Source: Alphaproteobacteria bacterium (GTDB lineage: Bacteria > Pseudomonadota > Alphaproteobacteria > MPNO01). Taken from it: DNA of 64,000 bases. Of this stretch, positions 59,512-64,000 are shown one piece after another; within the stretch, counting starts at the first letter, position 1; each line of letters starts with the position of its first letter. The stretch spans positions 1,056,001 to 1,120,000 of the forward strand of contig CBDFLJ010000002.1 of assembly GCA_965248835.1 (NCBI GenBank), given 5' to 3'. The notes beneath the pieces were generated by a model, which had not been told where the DNA came from, made no database searches, and saw nothing but the letters and a program-made list of their open reading frames with translations. Made by a program: the position numbers and the translations under genes.

Positions 59512-60300
59512 ATGGCAACCGACAAGATGCTGTCGCAAAAAGACGGCTTCATCGGCCGGATGATCTTCAACAACCCCGAGCGCCGGAACGCGGTCTCGCT
59601 GGAGATGTGGGAGGCAGCCGAAGCGATCCTCGCCGGCTTCGCCGAGGATCCGGAGGTCCGGGTGGTGGTGGTCTCCGGTGCGGGCGGAAAGGCCTTCGTC
59701 TCCGGGGCGGACATCTCGCGCTTCGAGTCCGAACGCTCCAGCCAGGACGCCATCCATCACTACAATGAGAAGGTTGGGGCGGCGAACGCGCGGCTGGAGT
59801 CCCTGCCCAAGCCGACGATCGCCGAGATCGACGGGTTCTGCATCGGCGGCGGGCTGGCGCTGTCGCTGTGCTGCGACCTGCGGTTCTGTTCGGCGAAGTC
59901 GCAGTTCGGCTTGCCGGCGGCGCGTCTGGGCCTCGGCTACGGCCTCACCGGGCTGAAACGGCTGGTCGATGCGGTAGGGCCCGGTGCCGCGCGCGACATC
60001 ACCTTCTCCGCCCGCCGGCTGGATGCGGAGGAGGCGCTCCGGATCGGCCTGGTGCAAAAAGTCGTGCCCGACGGCGAGGTCCACGATTTCGTCGCCGCGT
60101 ACGCCACCGCGATCGCGGCCAACGCGCCGCTGACCGTCAAGGGCATGAAGGTGATCATCGGCGAGGTGCTCAAGCCGGACACCGCGCGCGACCTGGCTGC
60201 ATGCCAGGCCCTGATCGAGGACTGCTACCGCAGCGAGGACTATGTCGAGGGCCGCACCGCGTTCATGGAAAAGCGCCCGCCCGTCTTCAAGGGTCGTTGA
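59512..60300 (+). CDS. Enoyl-CoA hydratase/isomerase family protein
   Basis: NPERRNA, FVSGADI, KPTIA.I.G.CIGGG, EGRTAFMEKRPP. Confidence 0.92.
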   Translation: MATDKMLSQKDGFIGRMIFNNPERRNAVSLEMWEAAEAILAGFAEDPEVRVVVVSGAGGKAFVSGADISRFESERSSQDAIHHYNEKVGAANARLESLPKPTIAEIDGFCIGGGLALSLCCDLRFCSAKSQFGLPAARLGLGYGLTGLKRLVDAVGPGAARDITFSARRLDAEEALRIGLVQKVVPDGEVHDFVAAYATAIAANAPLTVKGMKVIIGEVLKPDTARDLAACQALIEDCYRSEDYVEGRTAFMEKRPPVFKGR

Positions 60301-60412
60301 ACCAACACGGACGCGGGTCGCCCGGCTCGGCTCCGATGGACTCGTTCCCGCCGGCGCCATATGATTTTGGGCGGTATATGAACGGTTCAATCCTATAAGA
60401 ACGGAGGCTCAC

Positions 60413-61432
60413 ATGAGGTTGACATCTCGGCAGGCCGCTGTGGCCCTTGCCGCGGCCGGCGCGGTCGCATTCGCCGCGAGCGCCGGCATCGCCAAGACCT
60501 ACACTATGAAAATCGGCTTCGCGACCGTCAAAGGCCCGCAGCAGGGATCGTCGGAGTACTACAAGAGGGAGATCGAGAAGCGGACGAACGGGCGGATCGA
60601 AGCGAAGCTCTTCCCCGCCGCCCAGCTCGGCAAGATCTCGCGCCAGATCGAGGGCATCCAGCTCGGCACGCAGGAGGCCATTCACACGCCGCCCGGCTTC
60701 CTCGTGGGCATCAACCAGGCCTTCCAGGTGGTCGACGCGCCCGGCCTGTTCGACGACATCGACCACATGCACCGGAGCGTCAACCATCCCAGCGTCCGGA
60801 CCAAGCTGCTGCGTCTGGCCGAGCACAAGGGCATCGTCGGCTGCTACCTGTTCGGGTCGGGCGAAGGCGCGTTCGCTTCCAAGCAGCCGCTGAACACCCT
60901 CGCCAGTCTGAAGGGCAAGAAGATCCGCGTGCTGGCCAGCAAGCTCGAAGTCGCGCTGATGAAGGAGCTCGGCGTGACCGGCATCCCGATCGCCTATTCG
61001 GAGGTGCTGCCCGCCCTTCAGCGCAACGTGATCGATGGCGCACGCAGCGCGATCGTGGTCATGGGGCCGTCCAAGTTCTACACCGTCGCCAAGCACATCA
61101 CGCTGACCCACGGCGGCTTCATTCCGACCGGCATCTGGTTCAGCAAGCTTTGGCTCAACAAGCTGCCGGAAGATCTGCGCAAGGCGTTGTTCGACCTCGG
61201 CCCCGAAGCGGCCGATGAGGGTTTGAGGATTTCCAAGGGGATCAACCGCCTCTGGGAAAAGAAGTGGGTCAAGGAAGGTGGAACGGTGCACTATTTGTCG
61301 ACCGAGGAGCGCAAGGAGTTCCTGCGCCGCGCACGACCGATCGGCGACAGGATTCTCGGCACCGACCCGAAGACCCGCGACATGTGGGAGATCTTCAAGG
61401 CCGCCGCGGAGGCGACCCGAACCAAGAGCTGA
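60413..61432 (+). CDS. Orphan TRAP substrate-binding protein (DctP family)
   Basis: Signal peptide; RTNGRI, FPAAQLG, LKGKKIRV, EVLPALQ..VIDG. Confidence 0.88.
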   Translation: MRLTSRQAAVALAAAGAVAFAASAGIAKTYTMKIGFATVKGPQQGSSEYYKREIEKRTNGRIEAKLFPAAQLGKISRQIEGIQLGTQEAIHTPPGFLVGINQAFQVVDAPGLFDDIDHMHRSVNHPSVRTKLLRLAEHKGIVGCYLFGSGEGAFASKQPLNTLASLKGKKIRVLASKLEVALMKELGVTGIPIAYSEVLPALQRNVIDGARSAIVVMGPSKFYTVAKHITLTHGGFIPTGIWFSKLWLNKLPEDLRKALFDLGPEAADEGLRISKGINRLWEKKWVKEGGTVHYLSTEERKEFLRRARPIGDRILGTDPKTRDMWEIFKAAAEATRTKS

Positions 61433-61460
61433 GCCCGAGCGTTCATCATCCAAGCGGCAC

Positions 61461-61508
61461 GCCCGCCCAGCCACCCGACACCGATAATCCCGGGGTGGCC
61501 GGGCGGGC
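61461..61508. terminator. Hairpin between convergent genes (possible bidirectional terminator)
   Basis: GCCCGCCCAGCCACCC ... GGGTGGCCGGGCGGGC; no clear U-tract. Confidence 0.5.
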
Positions 61509-61545
61509 TAAGGTCCGGACCCGGCCGATCCGGTTGGAAGATCGG

Positions 61546-62163
61546 CTACGCTTTCTCGAACACCTGGATGCGCATCGACGTGCCGCGGTAGTAGGGGCAG
61601 TTCGACAGCCCGACGAGACAGTCGATCAGGGCCTCGAACTCGACATGATCGCCCGGGCGGGAGCAGCCGTCGGCAAGCGTCCACCAGTTGTTGGCGCAGT
61701 CGTGATGGTAGTTCATGAACAGGTCCATGGTGTCGGGGATGTCCTCGGGCAGCAGGCCGTAAGGCGCGACCGCGGCGGCGATGATCTCCTGGCAGCCGTC
61801 CTTCGGCCCCTGGCCGAGCGCCTCGTAGAGGGTGCGGTTGCACATCCGGCCGTGGACGTCGTGCATGCCCTTGATCGGCGGGGTGTCGGCGGTCATCACC
61901 ATCATGTCCCGGTTGATGCACGACACCAGCACGTCGCCGACGCTCAGCCGGTCGCGCGGATGGAATGGCCCGCCGGCCGCGGTGCCTGCCCGGGTGCGCG
62001 AATAGGATGTCGACAGCCGTTCGCGCATGTTGTGGGCGTTGAAAACCGCCATGTCGACGACCTGCAGCCCTTCCAGATCGGTCACCCGCAGCCGCTGGCC
62101 CGGCGCCAGCATGACGGCGAGGCCGGTTGCGGGCGCGAGAATTTGGTTGATAATCTCGGTCAT
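61546..62163 (-). CDS. DUF1989 / urea carboxylase-associated family protein
   Basis: GQRLRVTDLEGLQVVD, ERLS, HD...C, GC, DLFMN, SRPGD, LSNCP. Confidence 0.88.
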   Translation of the reverse strand: MTEIINQILAPATGLAVMLAPGQRLRVTDLEGLQVVDMAVFNAHNMRERLSTSYSRTRAGTAAGGPFHPRDRLSVGDVLVSCINRDMMVMTADTPPIKGMHDVHGRMCNRTLYEALGQGPKDGCQEIIAAAVAPYGLLPEDIPDTMDLFMNYHHDCANNWWTLADGCSRPGDHVEFEALIDCLVGLSNCPYYRGTSMRIQVFEKA

Positions 62164-62214
62164 CGGCTCTCCAGCTCTTGACTGCCGTTTCATCGATATC
62201 GGGAGCACTATGCC

Positions 62215-63054
62215 ATGGCCGCCCTTGAGATCGAGCCCCTGGGTCCTGCGCTCGGCGCGCGCATCACCGGCATCGACCTGCGCGAGGACTATGACGGACA
62301 GACCGCCGCCGCCATGCGCGCGGCCTTCGTCGAGCACGCGATGCTGTGCTTTCCCGATCAGAAGATCTCCGCCCAGGACCAGGTGCGGTTCGCCGCGGTG
62401 TTCGGGCCGGTCGATGCCGACTTCCGGCCGCCGTCTTCCACCCTTACGACCACCAACACCAAGCGCGGGGTGATGCTGGTCAGCAACATCCGCAAGGACG
62501 GCAAGCAGATCGGCTCGCTTCCCGACGGCGAAATGCATTTCCATTCCGACGGCGCGCACCGCAAGGTGCCGTATCGGGCAACCACCCTGTTCGCCATAAA
62601 GATCCCCTCGCGCGGCGGCGAGACCCTGTTCGCCAACCTGACGAAGGCCTACGAGGCGCTGCCGCTTCACCGCAAGGAGTGGCTGGAGGGCAAGCGGGCC
62701 CGACACATATACAACTACGATTCGGTGACCCGCGATCTGATTGACCACTCCAGGGCGGACCTTTCCGAAGCGGTCCACCCGCTGGTAAAAATCCATCCGG
62801 ACTCGGGGCGGCCGGCGCTCTATCTCAGCCGGCTGATGACCGACAGCGTGCTGGAAACCGACCCGGAGGAGAGCGGGCCGATCCTCGACGAGTTGTTCGA
62901 CCATGCCGAAAGGCCCGAGTTCGTCTATGCTCACCGCTGGGCACCGGGCGATTTGGTGATCTGGGACAACCGGTGTCTCAACCACGCACGGACCGACTTC
63001 CCGGCCGACGAGGATCGGCTGCTGCGCCGCTACACGATCTCCGAATCGGAGTGA
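62215..63054 (+). CDS. TauD/TfdA family Fe(II)/2OG dioxygenase
   Basis: LGARITGIDL, FHSD, GGETLFAN, VHPLV, W..GDLVIWDNRCLNHAR. Confidence 0.92.
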   Translation: MAALEIEPLGPALGARITGIDLREDYDGQTAAAMRAAFVEHAMLCFPDQKISAQDQVRFAAVFGPVDADFRPPSSTLTTTNTKRGVMLVSNIRKDGKQIGSLPDGEMHFHSDGAHRKVPYRATTLFAIKIPSRGGETLFANLTKAYEALPLHRKEWLEGKRARHIYNYDSVTRDLIDHSRADLSEAVHPLVKIHPDSGRPALYLSRLMTDSVLETDPEESGPILDELFDHAERPEFVYAHRWAPGDLVIWDNRCLNHARTDFPADEDRLLRRYTISESE

Positions 63055-63107
63055 TCGCCGGGCATTCCTTGCAAGACCCCGGCCAAACGAAATCCAGGAG
63101 TTCAACG

Positions 63108-63989
63108 ATGTCCAAGTTCGTGATCGGACCCCACATGCGGCTGCACGAGTGGGTCGCCGAGGAGAAAGGCTTTTTCGACGACGAAGGCCTCGACTACGTC
63201 TTTCGCGAGCAGCTTTCCTCCGAGGACGGCAGGTACCACGACCTCGGCGATAAGGTCGGCGCCTATCAGACCTTCGAGGAAGGACGGACTTGCGACGTCA
63301 GCGCGGCGTGTCATTGGACGGTCAATGCCGCCGCCGCCGCCGGTCACGGCAAGCTCTATCCGGCGTGCTATTCGGTCGCGCCCTGCGGCATCTTCGTGCC
63401 CGCGGACTCCGAGATCCGCGCGCCCGAGGACCTCGCCAGCGTGCCGATCTCGGTCGGCTACCAGTCGGGCAGCCACTATTCGACCATCCAGGCGCTGGAG
63501 ACCTTTCTCGATGCCGGCGAGATCGCGCTGACGTTTGCCGGCGGGCTGCTGTTCCACCGGCTCGAGCTGCTGATCGACGGCGAAGCGCCGGCGGTCAGCC
63601 TGTTCAGCGGGCCGTTCTACTTCGCCGAGCAGTTGGGCTTCCGCAAGGTGGCCGATACCAGCTTCATGATTGCGGCGATGATCACCGGCGACCCCGATCC
63701 CGAGGACATCGCCAAATATTTCCGTGCGCTGAAGCGGGCGCAGATCGAGATCGATCTGAGGCTGGAACTCTACCGGCATTACTACAAGCGCGAGTTCCCG
63801 CGGCGCTTCCGGGACCAGATGGACGTCCGCCGCTTCGGCCCCGGCGAACGCATCGTCTTCGAGACCTATTCCGAGGATCTCTTCGAGCGCTCGCGGGAAT
63901 GGATCGCAGAGCGCGGCATCTTCCCCGACGGCGGCCTGGGCGAGGGCTCGTACCGCGATTCGATCTATCAGGCAGCCGCGGCGGAGTAG
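63108..63989 (+). CDS. Periplasmic-binding-protein-fold protein (SsuA/NMT1/THI5-like) lacking a signal peptide
   Basis: WVAEEKGFFDDEGL, V..DS.I..PEDL, VGYQSGSHY, AEQLGFRK; polar N-terminus after RBS AGGAG. Confidence 0.75.
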   Translation: MSKFVIGPHMRLHEWVAEEKGFFDDEGLDYVFREQLSSEDGRYHDLGDKVGAYQTFEEGRTCDVSAACHWTVNAAAAAGHGKLYPACYSVAPCGIFVPADSEIRAPEDLASVPISVGYQSGSHYSTIQALETFLDAGEIALTFAGGLLFHRLELLIDGEAPAVSLFSGPFYFAEQLGFRKVADTSFMIAAMITGDPDPEDIAKYFRALKRAQIEIDLRLELYRHYYKREFPRRFRDQMDVRRFGPGERIVFETYSEDLFERSREWIAERGIFPDGGLGEGSYRDSIYQAAAAE

Positions 63990-64000
63990 GCGCCGCACGC

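Overview
High-GC window, most likely alphaproteobacterial (inferred from the tRNA-Gln(CTG)-ppx-rlmE core block and the gene families present). It has five blocks. (1) 1-9.4 kb is a + strand catabolic run: the end of a Rieske oxygenase beta subunit, two amidohydrolases, the DUF2182/DUF1326 pair, an orphan molybdenum-hydroxylase large subunit that overlaps a soluble NpRdhA-type B12 reductive dehalogenase by 1 nt, and a YciI/TftG-like protein. (2) 9.4-23.9 kb is a nonulosonic-acid surface-glycan locus. It holds two ~97%-identical tandem versions of a neuA-[variable cassette]-neuC unit joined at a microhomology; the second cassette carries a B12 radical-SAM gene and IS debris. (3) 24-26 kb is the core tRNA-Gln, ppx and rlmE block. 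(4) 26-41.6 kb is an IS-riddled accessory region with a ProVWX-type transporter, a hydrolase/LLM pair and an Avs/bNACHT-like STAND-nuclease gene split by an intact IS5. (5) 41.7-64 kb is a dense transport and catabolic region (ChrA, PhyH, TRAP, LIV-type ABC, a NicX-like dioxygenase coupled to a pentein enzyme, 2OG oxygenases, CoA transferase, DUF1989, TauD, a signal-less binding-protein-like ORF). I saw no CRISPR array, rRNA or integrase. All family calls come from motif recognition by eye, not database searches.
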